A DNA stretch of 36,921 nucleotides from a virus (IMGVR_UViG_3300020045_013551:1-36921), one strand, 5' to 3'; shown: positions 16,080 through 25,773, counted from the stretch's first letter. A program made the numbers and translations. The notes: generated by a model not told the origin, from the sequence alone.

Positions 16080-17263
16080 TTAATGGCGGCGCGTGCATTC
16101 GGCTTTTTACCGTTTTTAGGCTCCTGACTGTTTTCGTCAATCTCGGTTTCTTCAGCTGGATCTTGCTGCGCTTTTTCATCCAATACAGGAAACCTTCCGG
16201 TACAACCATCTAGCGGGTAACCCCAGTAGATCAGGAAGGGGATGAGCTCGTAATTGATGATGTTTTGCGTTTCACGCAGGCGCGAGTGATGAAAATCGTT
16301 CAGGATGTTTTCAGCCACTTCAGCAGTGCCTACAAACGCTTTTTCGGCACCTGTGCCGTACTGGCCGTTGATGATCTTGGCAATGTACTGGTCGCACTTG
16401 TCAATGTTTTTGTCGTAAATCAGGTAACCGCTACCGTTGTTCGAGGCTTCAAATTTCTCCACTTCATCCTCGGTACCAACAATGGCATAGCCGTTTCGGC
16501 TGAAATTTTTAGCGCCTTTTTCAACCTGATCAAGCTCTTTGCCTTCCGCATCGGTTTTGATCACAATACGCGGCTGTCCCCACTTTTCGCTGTGCTCGTT
16601 CCAGTCGCGACGTGCAAAACTTTTGATGATTACTTCCCTGGTTAATTTCTCCAATTTACCCAACGATTTCTTTTCACCCAGTTCGATCAAAAACAGTTCG
16701 TAGGGATTAATAATTTGTCCTTTCTCCGGATCGTCATTGGCATAAGCAATACCCTGCCTGTCGGTAGCATTCAGGATGATGTTTTTATTGTGCGGGTAAA
16801 CATTGTAGATTGGGAATAGCTCACAATCGATGAATTGTCCGTCAGCATCGAACTGACCAAATTCAGCAAGGCGATATCCCCATAACTCTTTTTCAACAAT
16901 GAATTCGCGAAACTTATCGAACCACGGACGCATAAATAATGCGCTTAGCTCTTCGTTATCCGTACCGTCTTTCGATATGATGAATTTTTCGGCCTTGATT
17001 TTATTCACGGCAATATCGCGCTGTGTTGACACTTCCGGATCGGTCAGCGTATTTTCATACATCCGGTATAGTTCAGTCCACGATGGGTTTTGCGTGTCCT
17101 TTGCATCGGTAACATACTGGCGCAGCGATCCTAATTCCATTTGAACGCGGTCGGGTTGTGGCAGGTTTACATTGTCGCTCTGCCTGCTGCCCTTTTTGCC
17201 GTTTGTTTTGGTTTCCGTGTTGGTGGCCGGTATCTCTTTTTTGTTCCAGAAACGTAAATCCAT
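16055..17263 (-). CDS. Portal protein (DUF935/Mu gp29-like)
   Basis: 402 aa, WNEHSEKWGQP, IAKIINGQ, AEVAENI; between terminase and MuF. Confidence 0.85.
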   Translation of the reverse strand: MDLRFWNKKEIPATNTETKTNGKKGSRQSDNVNLPQPDRVQMELGSLRQYVTDAKDTQNPSWTELYRMYENTLTDPEVSTQRDIAVNKIKAEKFIISKDGTDNEELSALFMRPWFDKFREFIVEKELWGYRLAEFGQFDADGQFIDCELFPIYNVYPHNKNIILNATDRQGIAYANDDPEKGQIINPYELFLIELGEKKSLGKLEKLTREVIIKSFARRDWNEHSEKWGQPRIVIKTDAEGKELDQVEKGAKNFSRNGYAIVGTEDEVEKFEASNNGSGYLIYDKNIDKCDQYIAKIINGQYGTGAEKAFVGTAEVAENILNDFHHSRLRETQNIINYELIPFLIYWGYPLDGCTGRFPVLDEKAQQDPAEETEIDENSQEPKNGKKPNARAAIKKKSTNPW

Positions 17264-17301
17264 GATTTGAAAATTTGAAAATTTAAAAATTCGGATATGA
17301 C

Positions 17302-17721
17302 CTAATAAATGTCATTATCCCTCGCTGCATCGCCGCCAAATCGGTAGCTTGTTTTTGGTGAAGCATCCTCGTTTAATATCGGTGTCAGGGTGCATTCCAT
17401 CTGTCCGGCTGCTATTTTTGCAATGTTTTTAATTTGCGTGTTGTAATTCTCGGTGATTCGCTCCGGAATGTCATTGTCATCAACCGTATTGAAAAGGTAA
17501 TAGGCGGTGATGTGGATCATGAGCCGGATCATCAGCCCATTGCGGTTACTACCCTTTTTAGCAAGCTCAACCGGAATATTGTATTTGGCCTGTAACGGAT
17601 CAAGCTCGGTTATGGCCAGCTCCTCGGAAGTTGCAAGATTAACATCATCGACGCCACGCAGCGAGTTGAGCGTATTGGCGCCGATGATGCCGTTAAAATC
17701 GGTTTCGGTAAGGAATTGCAT
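17302..17721 (-). CDS. Head-tail adaptor (DUF1320/Mu gp36-like)
   Basis: FLTETDF, ITAYYLF, ITENY...KIAAG pattern; synteny. Confidence 0.75.
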   Translation of the reverse strand: MQFLTETDFNGIIGANTLNSLRGVDDVNLATSEELAITELDPLQAKYNIPVELAKKGSNRNGLMIRLMIHITAYYLFNTVDDNDIPERITENYNTQIKNIAKIAAGQMECTLTPILNEDASPKTSYRFGGDAARDNDIY

Positions 17722-17724
17722 GTC

Positions 17725-18021
17725 CTACTTATTTTCGTAGTAATACAGTGCCTGAAAGCGGTCGAAAGCTACAATGGCCAGAACCGTAACGTCGTTTGAA
17801 TTCACAAATTCGCAAAGGTCGTCGGGATGCTGATAGTGCTTTGTTTTTAACTCTTTTTTTATTTTCACCAATTTTTTAACCTTTTCTTCGGTTTTCACTT
17901 CAGCAGTTTCTTCCACCTTTTCTTCAGTATTCACTTCGGTAGTTTCTACAACCTTTGCCTGTGTAGCTTCTCCGGCTTTCACTTCGACAGTTTCTTCAGC
18001 ATTCTTTTTTGATTTTCCCAT
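17725..18021 (-). CDS. Hypothetical protein with acidic low-complexity N-terminus
   Basis: ORF packed in operon; E/K/V/T-rich repeats. Confidence 0.7.
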   Translation of the reverse strand: MGKSKKNAEETVEVKAGEATQAKVVETTEVNTEEKVEETAEVKTEEKVKKLVKIKKELKTKHYQHPDDLCEFVNSNDVTVLAIVAFDRFQALYYYENK

Positions 18022-18039
18022 AACTTTTTTTGTTAATTA

Positions 18040-19623
18040 TTAATAAATTGATCTATCATCGTTTCGGGCATATTGCCCTGTCCTTGTCTCTCTCTCTCGC
18101 CCTGACTTGCCTTTTTTTGTGTCGAGTTTGTGAATAGCGCCTTCAACCATATCAGGTCCATCGTCTTTAATACGCTTATCCGGAAACCCTAAAAATTGAT
18201 CGCGCAGGGTAATCATGTCGGGCTTTTGCTTTAATGCCCGATTGAAGCGAACAAACCCGGCTTCAGTGAGCGGCGTCAGATTTTCTATTCTCACCTCTTT
18301 ATCCGGCTTTTTGCGCTTGTCGCCACGAATGCGCAGCATGGGCGGGTTTTCATCTCCATATCGGTAATATTCCTCCAGCATGAGATCCTGAATAAAGTTG
18401 GCTTCCATCCAGTGCTTTATTTTCAGGTGATCGGGTACTTGTTTTGAGATGGTATAATGACCGCGCACCATTTCGGCGGTACTGCACTGGCGGTCGAATA
18501 TGTCGATAATGTCGTAATAGCGTCCTATTTTACCAATCAATCCAATGGCTTTGCAATCGCTTGTCATCGAATTTTTGTAAGACGGATCGTTATATGTGAT
18601 CAGCTCGTCGTAGCTGGTGAGCGGCAAAACGTCAGTCCAGGGCAAATGCTCTTCTTTGAACATTTTGCCAAAAATTATGTGCTGATGGAAGTACTCTTTC
18701 AAGCCGCTACGGCGACCCATACGATTGATCTTATTCCACAGCATTTGGTAAGTGTACCTTTCTTTCCACGCCGGAACTCCTTTTTCGGTTAAGTCCATTT
18801 TGCGCGTTCGAGGGTTCTCAATCGCATAAACTTTGGAGTGATATAAACCTTCACGGATCGGATCGCCTTCTTCGATATCGCCCGCAAATTTGGCTAATAC
18901 CGATTTACGGTGAATGCGGTTACCAATCATGATCAACCGGCTACCAGTGATAGGCAAACATCCATAAAAGTCTTCAAAAATCCATTCCAGGCATTCGTCA
19001 ACCAAATCTTCATTCTTGACAAACTTCTTGTCGTCAATATCATCAATCAGCCCGTATTTTGGTCTGAAGCTTGACTCCTTAATACCACGCGGAGATTGAC
19101 CGCGACCGAACGCCCAAAAGCCATAGCCCTGGGCTGAAACAAAATAACCGTCCGTCCATTTACCGGAGCCGTATTGCTCACCAAAATCGCTGATGAAACG
19201 TTTGTTAAACATCAGCTCACTTTGTAAGTCGGCTAATAATTTATTGGCTTTTGCTTCGGTTGCTGAACCAACAACCATCCCGGAAAAGTCTTTCCGGGCG
19301 ATTAGTACCATTGGCTCAATGACTCCAAAAATAGTAGACTTCGCATGCTCGCGGGGGTATTCCATTAAAGCCATCAAATCGGATTCCTCCGAAACCTTTT
19401 TCATGTCGCGTTTCTGGAAATAGGCAAAATCGGACAATGCCAGGTGACTGCAATAATATTTGGCAAACTTGTGCTCGTTGCCAACTTTCAACAGTTCGGC
19501 AATGCGTTTTTTGCGCGCCTCTTCACCTTCGCGGCTCTCAGGGCTCAGACGTTTAATAGCCGCCTTTTCCTGAATCCAGGCTTCGTACTCCTGCTTTTCT
19601 TTTAGGCGCATGATCCCGGTCAT
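18040..19623 (-). CDS. Terminase large subunit
   Basis: PREHAKST Walker A, LIDDIDD Walker B, MIGN coupling motif, YNDPS and DDGPD nuclease motifs. Confidence 0.93.
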   Translation of the reverse strand: MTGIMRLKEKQEYEAWIQEKAAIKRLSPESREGEEARKKRIAELLKVGNEHKFAKYYCSHLALSDFAYFQKRDMKKVSEESDLMALMEYPREHAKSTIFGVIEPMVLIARKDFSGMVVGSATEAKANKLLADLQSELMFNKRFISDFGEQYGSGKWTDGYFVSAQGYGFWAFGRGQSPRGIKESSFRPKYGLIDDIDDKKFVKNEDLVDECLEWIFEDFYGCLPITGSRLIMIGNRIHRKSVLAKFAGDIEEGDPIREGLYHSKVYAIENPRTRKMDLTEKGVPAWKERYTYQMLWNKINRMGRRSGLKEYFHQHIIFGKMFKEEHLPWTDVLPLTSYDELITYNDPSYKNSMTSDCKAIGLIGKIGRYYDIIDIFDRQCSTAEMVRGHYTISKQVPDHLKIKHWMEANFIQDLMLEEYYRYGDENPPMLRIRGDKRKKPDKEVRIENLTPLTEAGFVRFNRALKQKPDMITLRDQFLGFPDKRIKDDGPDMVEGAIHKLDTKKGKSGRERETRTGQYARNDDRSIY

Positions 19624-20099
19624 GACATTACCCTCCGCTTTTCGTTGATGTAGTCATCTGCATGATCAACCACGTCTTGGGCAACCTCCATGTCAACCTC
19701 TTTTAACCAGGCAGTGAATTCACGGATGATCTTCACCACGCTCGACCACTCCTGTTCTTTGCCTTTAATGGTTGTAAATAGTTTCTGAAGCGCATCGATT
19801 TCTCCTTTTGGGATCAAAGCGGCCTTTAGGTCTTCCATCGTTGGGTTTTCGGATAGTTCGGCTCGTAGCTTTTCACCAATCATGCGGATAATGGTCGACT
19901 GGTGTTCAAGGGCGATCAGTGCATTTTCTTCCGATGTTTTTCGGGCAAGCGACTGCATGACGCGGTTTTTACGCATCCCGTTTTTCGTGACGTAACGCGA
20001 AACGGTTACTTCCGAGAGCTTCAACACGCGGGCAATATCTTTTTGTTCCCACCCTGCTGTGAATAATTCGTCGATTGCTGAATGCGTAGTTAATGCCAT
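19620..20099 (-). CDS. Terminase small subunit (HTH)
   Basis: QKDIARVLKLSEVTVSRY HTH; coupled to TerL; likely start MALTTH at 20099. Confidence 0.8.
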   Translation of the reverse strand: MALTTHSAIDELFTAGWEQKDIARVLKLSEVTVSRYVTKNGMRKNRVMQSLARKTSEENALIALEHQSTIIRMIGEKLRAELSENPTMEDLKAALIPKGEIDALQKLFTTIKGKEQEWSSVVKIIREFTAWLKEVDMEVAQDVVDHADDYINEKRRVMS

Positions 20100-20271
20100 T
20101 TTTTTTGATCGTTTACCGGTCAAAAATGGACATTAATAATAGACTTCAATTGATTTAATAAAACGGTTGGACAGTAGTGTTTTACGCTTGGACACTTTCC
20201 GTTTTTATACCAAAAAATGCTTGACTTTTGGAATGTCGAACGGCACAAAGGTAAAGCAAAAAAAACCAAAC
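20100..20271. promoter_or_regulatory. Divergent late control region
   Basis: TTGGACA at 20167-20173 and 20188-20194, TGGACA at 20127; degenerate -7 box GACTTTTG at 20223-20230. Confidence 0.5.
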
Positions 20272-21381
20272 ATGGAACTGAAATTCTCAAAAATAGTTGA
20301 CCGCGAAAAAAAGAAGATAGACATGTTCGTCTATGGCGCCCTGGGTGATACCAGCGGCGAAGTGAACGGACACTATTTTGCCCAGGAACTTAATTGGGTT
20401 GGTCGCAACTACGACGAAATTACCATCAGGATCAATTGCGAAGGTGGCGACGTATTGCACGGATTGAGCATTATTTCTGAAATGATGATAAGTCCGGCCT
20501 TTATTATTGCAAGTGTCGATGGTGTTGCAGCTTCAATGGGTGCTGTTTTGCTGGCAGCCGCCGATAAGGTGGTAATGAACGATTATGCAAAAGTGATGAT
20601 CCACTCACCTTATTATGTCGACGAAAATGGCGACGCGGTAAAAAACCTTACTGACAAGGCTAAAAAAGGACTCAACAGCATCAAGGATATTTTAATGAAC
20701 CTGCTTAAAAAACGCGGCATTGCCGATGCGCGGGTAACTGAGCTGATGAAAGCAGACAGTTGGTTCAGCGCTGATGAAGCTCTTACCGAAAAACTGGTTG
20801 ATGAAGTGGTTTCTACAGGCCGAAAAACGGAATTGGTAGCACTTGAACCTCTCAAGCTGGTGGCAAAATTGAAAAATGAGTTTAAACCAAATATTAAAAA
20901 AATGGAAAAAGTAATTGCAAAGCTTAACGGCCTTGGAGTGCAGCTCGCAGCAGATGCAACCGAAGACCAGGTGGTTGCTGCCATGGTTGGTTTACAAATT
21001 GGCGGAAGCGAAAAACCGGCTGCAAAGCTGGTCGATCAACTGATTGCCGTTGGTAAAAAAACAGGCGCAATAACCGAAGGTGAAACCGGCAACGAAGCAA
21101 AATTCCGTAGGTTGGCTGAAACCGACATGGAATTATTTGTCGATTTGCTTGGTATCGAGAAATTGACCACTACCCCGGCTCCAAAGGCGACTCCTGCACC
21201 ACAGGCTCGCATGAGTACTCTTATTGCAGAGGCTAAAAATAACCCTCAGCCAAAAGTTGAAGGTGAAAAAGATTTTGCCTGGTACGAAAAGAACGATCCA
21301 AAGGCGTTGGCTCGCATTGAACAAACCGAACCCGAAAAGTTCGCTAAGTTGAAGGCTGCCGATGATGCCAAGTACGAATAA
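20272..21381 (+). CDS. ClpP-like head maturation protease with C-terminal scaffold region
   Basis: INCEGGDV, GVAASMG (Ser), VMIHSP (His), SWFSADEA; possible internal scaffold start MEKVIAK at 20902. Confidence 0.9.
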   Translation: MELKFSKIVDREKKKIDMFVYGALGDTSGEVNGHYFAQELNWVGRNYDEITIRINCEGGDVLHGLSIISEMMISPAFIIASVDGVAASMGAVLLAAADKVVMNDYAKVMIHSPYYVDENGDAVKNLTDKAKKGLNSIKDILMNLLKKRGIADARVTELMKADSWFSADEALTEKLVDEVVSTGRKTELVALEPLKLVAKLKNEFKPNIKKMEKVIAKLNGLGVQLAADATEDQVVAAMVGLQIGGSEKPAAKLVDQLIAVGKKTGAITEGETGNEAKFRRLAETDMELFVDLLGIEKLTTTPAPKATPAPQARMSTLIAEAKNNPQPKVEGEKDFAWYEKNDPKALARIEQTEPEKFAKLKAADDAKYE

Positions 21382-21402
21382 CTCTTAAACATCTGAAAAG
21401 AT

Positions 21403-21744
21403 ATGGAACAAATAATTAAATGGCCTTTTGGCCCGGCATCAAAGGTGGCCCTAACAGCTACCGGAGCACAGGCAATCGCAATTGCCAACGACCTTACGAT
21501 TGTCGACGGGGTAACCGTTGAAGCAACCGGCAATCGCACCCTCAATCTAACTGTTGACGCTTCTGTTAACGCAGGGGCTCGTTTGTTCGTTAAGAGCAAA
21601 ACCAACAACCAGGAAACAACCATTTTTGGAACAACCATGAAAGGCGCTACCATTACCGGAGCGGCAGGTAAAACCAAAACGGTTGAGTTCATCTATGACG
21701 GTACCGATTTCGTTGAAGCCGGAACACCAGTTCAAATCGACTAA
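21403..21744 (+). CDS. Putative head decoration protein
   Basis: 113 aa, T/A/G-rich beta protein between protease and capsid. Confidence 0.5.
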   Translation: MEQIIKWPFGPASKVALTATGAQAIAIANDLTIVDGVTVEATGNRTLNLTVDASVNAGARLFVKSKTNNQETTIFGTTMKGATITGAAGKTKTVEFIYDGTDFVEAGTPVQID

Positions 21745-21763
21745 TCCATAAAATTCTCATAAA

Positions 21764-22711
21764 ATGGCAGAAATTAGCCCAATTAAATACTCGAAAGAGT
21801 TACAGGTTCAGATTTTTCCTGATAATAGCTTCTACAAGCATTCTATTCAGGAAACCGGAATAGCTGATACTACTGAAACCGTTGAACGCCCTTATCAGGG
21901 ATCGATCGGTAAAGGAAAATCAGGAAATCCTACTTTGCCTTTACAGGTACGCACCGCCCGTGACGAAAAAGACAGCTATTCAACCGGCTTGGTTTATGCC
22001 GATCCGATTGCTGTTGATCTTCCGGATGAGTTCGCATTGAACTACAACAAGCGTGCAGCCAAACAGGTACAGCAAGCCGGTGAAATCAACACCCGTGTTG
22101 CCAACATCGCAGCCGTAAACTGGGGGCCAACTGTAGCAGGCCAAATCCTGAAAACTTCGGGAGCTTCGCGCGCTTCGAATGTAATTGTCACCGCTTCAGG
22201 CGCTGCAATTGCAAACCGTAAGGCTGTAACCAAAGCCGATATGATCAAGGTTCAGAACCTTTTGTCGCGCATGAACCTTTCCGGAATTCAGGGTGAATTC
22301 TGGGGTTTGGTAACCGCTGACTTTTACAGCGATTTACTTGCTATTGCCGAATTTACCGATTACGACAAAACGGGCAAGGAAAGCAAGCTGGCTCAGGGAA
22401 TTTTAGGCATGATCATGGGGATCAATATCATGGTTCGTACTACCGAAGAGCAACACACCGGCCTTGTGTATTCGAATGCTTATGCAAAGAATGCCATTGA
22501 CGCGGCTGTACTGACCAATAGTTGCCCAGGTAACTTATTCTGGCACGATAAAATGACCGCAACGGCTGAAGGTACGCTTAGAACAAGCATCAACCCAAAT
22601 GCTCCCGGCTATATGGGCGCTACCATCATCGAGACCTGGACCCGTTTTGGAGCTTCCCAGGCTCGTTACGACCAAAAAGGCGTAATTGCCCTGCTGGAAG
22701 AAAACGCTTAA
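21764..22711 (+). CDS. Major capsid protein
   Basis: 315 aa after the protease; GMIMGINIM (HK97-like G..I motif); followed by a strong hairpin. Confidence 0.8.
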   Translation: MAEISPIKYSKELQVQIFPDNSFYKHSIQETGIADTTETVERPYQGSIGKGKSGNPTLPLQVRTARDEKDSYSTGLVYADPIAVDLPDEFALNYNKRAAKQVQQAGEINTRVANIAAVNWGPTVAGQILKTSGASRASNVIVTASGAAIANRKAVTKADMIKVQNLLSRMNLSGIQGEFWGLVTADFYSDLLAIAEFTDYDKTGKESKLAQGILGMIMGINIMVRTTEEQHTGLVYSNAYAKNAIDAAVLTNSCPGNLFWHDKMTATAEGTLRTSINPNAPGYMGATIIETWTRFGASQARYDQKGVIALLEENA

Positions 22712-22750
22712 TCAAGAAACCTTTTTTTGCATTCTGAATATTTAAATCCT

Positions 22751-22783
22751 ATTCACGGGGTGACTTTAAGTCACCCCGTGAAT
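22751..22783. terminator. Long perfect hairpin after capsid gene
   Basis: ATTCACGGGGTGACTT-T-AAGTCACCCCGTGAAT. Confidence 0.7.
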
Positions 22784-22797
22784 TAATCAACTGACCG

Positions 22798-23031
22798 ATG
22801 AAACGACTGTTTGAACCCATTACCGGCACAATCCTAAGCGCAATAAGCTGGGCAGCATGGACTGATCTTTTGGTCTCTCTTTTAGTCGCCTTCGTTGGTG
22901 GCGCACTGGCTTACCTGGGAAAGTGGTTAGCCGCGAAAATAGTTCAGCATTTTGCACATAAAAAGAACGTGTTTGTATCGAAAACACGCGAAGAGATTAA
23001 CAGCCACAATAGCCCCGAAAAAATTGATTAA
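22798..23031 (+). CDS. Putative holin/antiholin
   Basis: 77 aa, hydrophobic helices, charged tail, directly upstream of the endolysin. Confidence 0.6.
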   Translation: MKRLFEPITGTILSAISWAAWTDLLVSLLVAFVGGALAYLGKWLAAKIVQHFAHKKNVFVSKTREEINSHNSPEKID

Positions 23032-23033
23032 AT

Positions 23034-23060
23034 GTACAGACGCGATGCATCGCGTCTCTA
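23034..23060. repeat. REP-like palindrome copy 1
   Basis: GTACAGACGCGATGCATCGCGTCTCTA; near-identical to 25044-25070. Confidence 0.8.
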
Positions 23061-23073
23061 ACAACGAACACTC

Positions 23074-23676
23074 ATGGCCAAATTTGAACCAGCATACGAA
23101 AAAACATTAGCCAACGAGGGCGGATATTCGAACGATCCGAATGATCGTGGTGGCGAAACATGGAAAGGCATTGCCCGGAAAATGCACCCGCAATGGCCAG
23201 GTTTTGTCCTGATCGATGAAGTCAGAAAGAATACCAATAAAGACCAGTTTGTTCGTGCGCTTTCGGTTGATGAAGAACTTGACCAATTGGTCCAGGACTT
23301 TTATAAAGCCGAATTCTGGGATAAACTAATGCTTGATAAAATCACCTCTCAGGACGTTGCAAATGAAATTTTTGATACAGCGATCAATCAGGGGTCGACA
23401 ATTGCAATAAAGCAATTTCAGGAGGCTTTAAATCTCCTGAATAATAATCAAAAAATTTACTCAGATATCAACGAAGACGGTAAGATGGGCGATGCCACAT
23501 TAAGGGCACACGATGCTTACATGTTAACTGCCAATTTTGCCGGGCGTTCTCAGGAGCGCGTAGTAAGTACGATCATTAAGCTGATGAACGGCTTACAGGC
23601 CGCCCGTTATGCCGAAATATGCGAAAATAACCCCAATCAGGAAGTTTACTTCTATGGATGGGTGAATAGAATATAG
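23074..23676 (+). CDS. Endolysin, glycoside hydrolase family 108
   Basis: EGGYSNDPNDRGGETWKGI, FDTAINQG, DGKMGDAT, FYGWVNR. Confidence 0.93.
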   Translation: MAKFEPAYEKTLANEGGYSNDPNDRGGETWKGIARKMHPQWPGFVLIDEVRKNTNKDQFVRALSVDEELDQLVQDFYKAEFWDKLMLDKITSQDVANEIFDTAINQGSTIAIKQFQEALNLLNNNQKIYSDINEDGKMGDATLRAHDAYMLTANFAGRSQERVVSTIIKLMNGLQAARYAEICENNPNQEVYFYGWVNRI

Positions 23677-23693
23677 TCAATAGAAAAAAGGAA

Positions 23694-23912
23694 ATGAAAA
23701 CAAAAGAGATTTACATGTACGCGCTTGCCGCCCTCTTCATTGTAGGGTTTTTTATCATGTCGTGGCTTCTCCGCAATACTCCTGAAAATTCGTTTTTGAT
23801 TGGAGTAATTGAAACCCTTAAAATGGGTGTAGTACTGATTTTGGGTTACTTTTTTGGAAGCTCAAAAAGTTCAGCCGATAAAAATGAGATGTTGAAAAAC
23901 CAACAGTCATGA
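23694..23912 (+). CDS. Putative holin
   Basis: Two TM helices and GYFFGSSKSS motif. Confidence 0.65.
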   Translation: MKTKEIYMYALAALFIVGFFIMSWLLRNTPENSFLIGVIETLKMGVVLILGYFFGSSKSSADKNEMLKNQQS

Positions 23913-24511
23913 AATTAGCAATCAATAAAATCAAGAATAGTGTTCTGATCATTTTAGCCGTTACATTTTTGCTCACGGCCTATTTGCTGAAACAAGCAAA
24001 TCAGGAAAAGAAACGCTTAAACGATAACCAAACGACATTGCTCACGGATGTAAAATTCTACAAAACAAAAGATAGCCTGAGCGCTGCCGGCGTTGACCGC
24101 CTGACATTAAAAAACAGCGAATTTGAAAAATATAATGTTGACCTGGTTAAAGAGGTTGAGAGCCTAAATCTAAAAGTCAGACGGCTCGAATCGGTCAGTC
24201 AGACTGGGATCAAAACAGAATATAAAATTAAAACGGTAGTAAAAGATAGTCTTATATACAGAGACGGCAAGCCACAGTCGGTGCAATGCATCAATCAACA
24301 CGATAAATGGAATAGCCTTGATGGTTGCATTATTAATAAGTTTTTTGAGGGAAATGTAATGAGCATTGATTCTATCGATCAGTTTGTTCACCGGGTGCCG
24401 CGTAAGTTCCTTTTCATCAAATACGGAACAAAAGCGATCCGTCAGGAAGTGGTTAGTAAAAACCCAAACAGCACGATCTATTACTCCAAATACATTGAAT
24501 TGAAACGATAA
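23909..24511 (+). CDS. Spanin-like lysis protein (DUF6549-like)
   Basis: N-terminal TM, coiled coil, C-terminal PRKFLFIKYGTK...SKNP; in the lysis cassette. Confidence 0.55.
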   Translation: MKLAINKIKNSVLIILAVTFLLTAYLLKQANQEKKRLNDNQTTLLTDVKFYKTKDSLSAAGVDRLTLKNSEFEKYNVDLVKEVESLNLKVRRLESVSQTGIKTEYKIKTVVKDSLIYRDGKPQSVQCINQHDKWNSLDGCIINKFFEGNVMSIDSIDQFVHRVPRKFLFIKYGTKAIRQEVVSKNPNSTIYYSKYIELKR

Positions 24512-24537
24512 TTAAATAACATTTAAACGATAAAAAA

Positions 24538-25026
24538 ATGGCAGCAAATTCTGGAATCATCGACGGTGGAGACATCCTTGTATATCTGAACACCGGAACA
24601 GCGCAGGCACCGGTATGGTCGCCCGCCTTTCATTGCACCGAATGTTCTATTGATCATTCAACCGAAGTGCGTACCCGCAAAACAAAAGACACAGGTCAAT
24701 CGGCTCAGAAACGATCTGGTGAGCAATCTACTACGATCAATGTTTCGTCACTGGCTGCTTATCCTGGCACAGGCTTCAATTATTTCGACTTACGCGAAAA
24801 GCAACTCGCCGGTGCTGAGCTTCAATTAAAATATGCCGGTCGTCCTGAAGCTGATGTAACTGCCGGAAAATGTGAAGTTGCAGAACAAATTGGCGATAAA
24901 TACGAAAAAGGCATGTTCATCATCACCAAGGTGAGTCGCAACGATAAAAAAGGCGAAGATTCCACCATGACCGCAACCTTTGATAACTCGCTACTACCGA
25001 CTATTGAAACGGTAGCAGCACCATAA
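24538..25026 (+). CDS. Major tail tube protein
   Basis: IDGGDILVY, TKDT, GMFIITKVS...TMTATF; upstream of chaperones and tape measure. Confidence 0.8.
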   Translation: MAANSGIIDGGDILVYLNTGTAQAPVWSPAFHCTECSIDHSTEVRTRKTKDTGQSAQKRSGEQSTTINVSSLAAYPGTGFNYFDLREKQLAGAELQLKYAGRPEADVTAGKCEVAEQIGDKYEKGMFIITKVSRNDKKGEDSTMTATFDNSLLPTIETVAAP

Positions 25027-25042
25027 TAAAATTGCCATTTAC

Positions 25043-25072
25043 GGTAGAGACGTGATGCATCGCGTCTCTACC
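25043..25072. repeat. REP-like palindrome copy 2
   Basis: GGTAGAGACGTGATGCATCGCGTCTCTACC, 30-bp palindrome with one mismatch. Confidence 0.8.
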
Positions 25073-25107
25073 AATTCATCATTTATAATTCATAATTCAT
25101 AACTAAA

Positions 25108-25458
25108 ATGGAGCCACATACTACAATCGTTTACAAAGGACATACCTATCCTTTTTACAAAACAAACAGGGGTAAATTCGATTTCGAGAACGCAGGTTTT
25201 ACCAATCAGGAAATTTTGCAAAATAAAACATCAGCACTGTTGGCGCTGGTTTATTACACGCTAGTTGACTGTGCCCGCCGCGCCGGAACACCAATAAAAG
25301 ACAGTTTTGAACAGTTTATTGACGACTCATCGCCCGACATTACTGAGGTGTTTGTGCGCCTGTTGGCTGAAAAGGAAAGAATGGAGGAAGGAGACGGAAA
25401 CCCAGTGGAGGGAGAAGCCGAAAAAAACCAGCAAGCCCCGTCAGACGCGGGGCAATAA
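25108..25458 (+). CDS. Tail assembly chaperone (gpG-like)
   Basis: Position; slippery A AAA AAC at 25422-25428. Confidence 0.75.
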   Translation: MEPHTTIVYKGHTYPFYKTNRGKFDFENAGFTNQEILQNKTSALLALVYYTLVDCARRAGTPIKDSFEQFIDDSSPDITEVFVRLLAEKERMEEGDGNPVEGEAEKNQQAPSDAGQ

Positions 25459-25772
25459 TGACATTAGACGATGAGATTGGGGTGGCTCTCGGAGTAATGG
25501 GGCTGAGTCTGGATACGTATCTGGAGCTCACCCCTTACCAATTTCGCCGCGCCTACGAGCTGTTTATTGATAAGGTACAAAAAGAACGTGATCAGGTTGA
25601 ATTAAATGCATGGCAAGTAGCACGCTGGCAAGTTTGGCGTACACTTTGCCCGCCGCAAGGCCAGCAAATAAGCATGATGGATTTAATTCAATTGCCTGGT
25701 GACAAGAAAATAAAGGAAATAAAGCCCGATCCTGAACGGGCAAAACGAATAGCGGAACGCTGGAAAGATTGA
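25458..25772 (+). CDS. Tail assembly chaperone extension (gpT-like, -1 frame)
   Basis: YLELTPYQF motif; in the -1 frame and open from the slippery site. Confidence 0.75.
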   Translation: MTLDDEIGVALGVMGLSLDTYLELTPYQFRRAYELFIDKVQKERDQVELNAWQVARWQVWRTLCPPQGQQISMMDLIQLPGDKKIKEIKPDPERAKRIAERWKD

Positions 25773-25773
25773 T

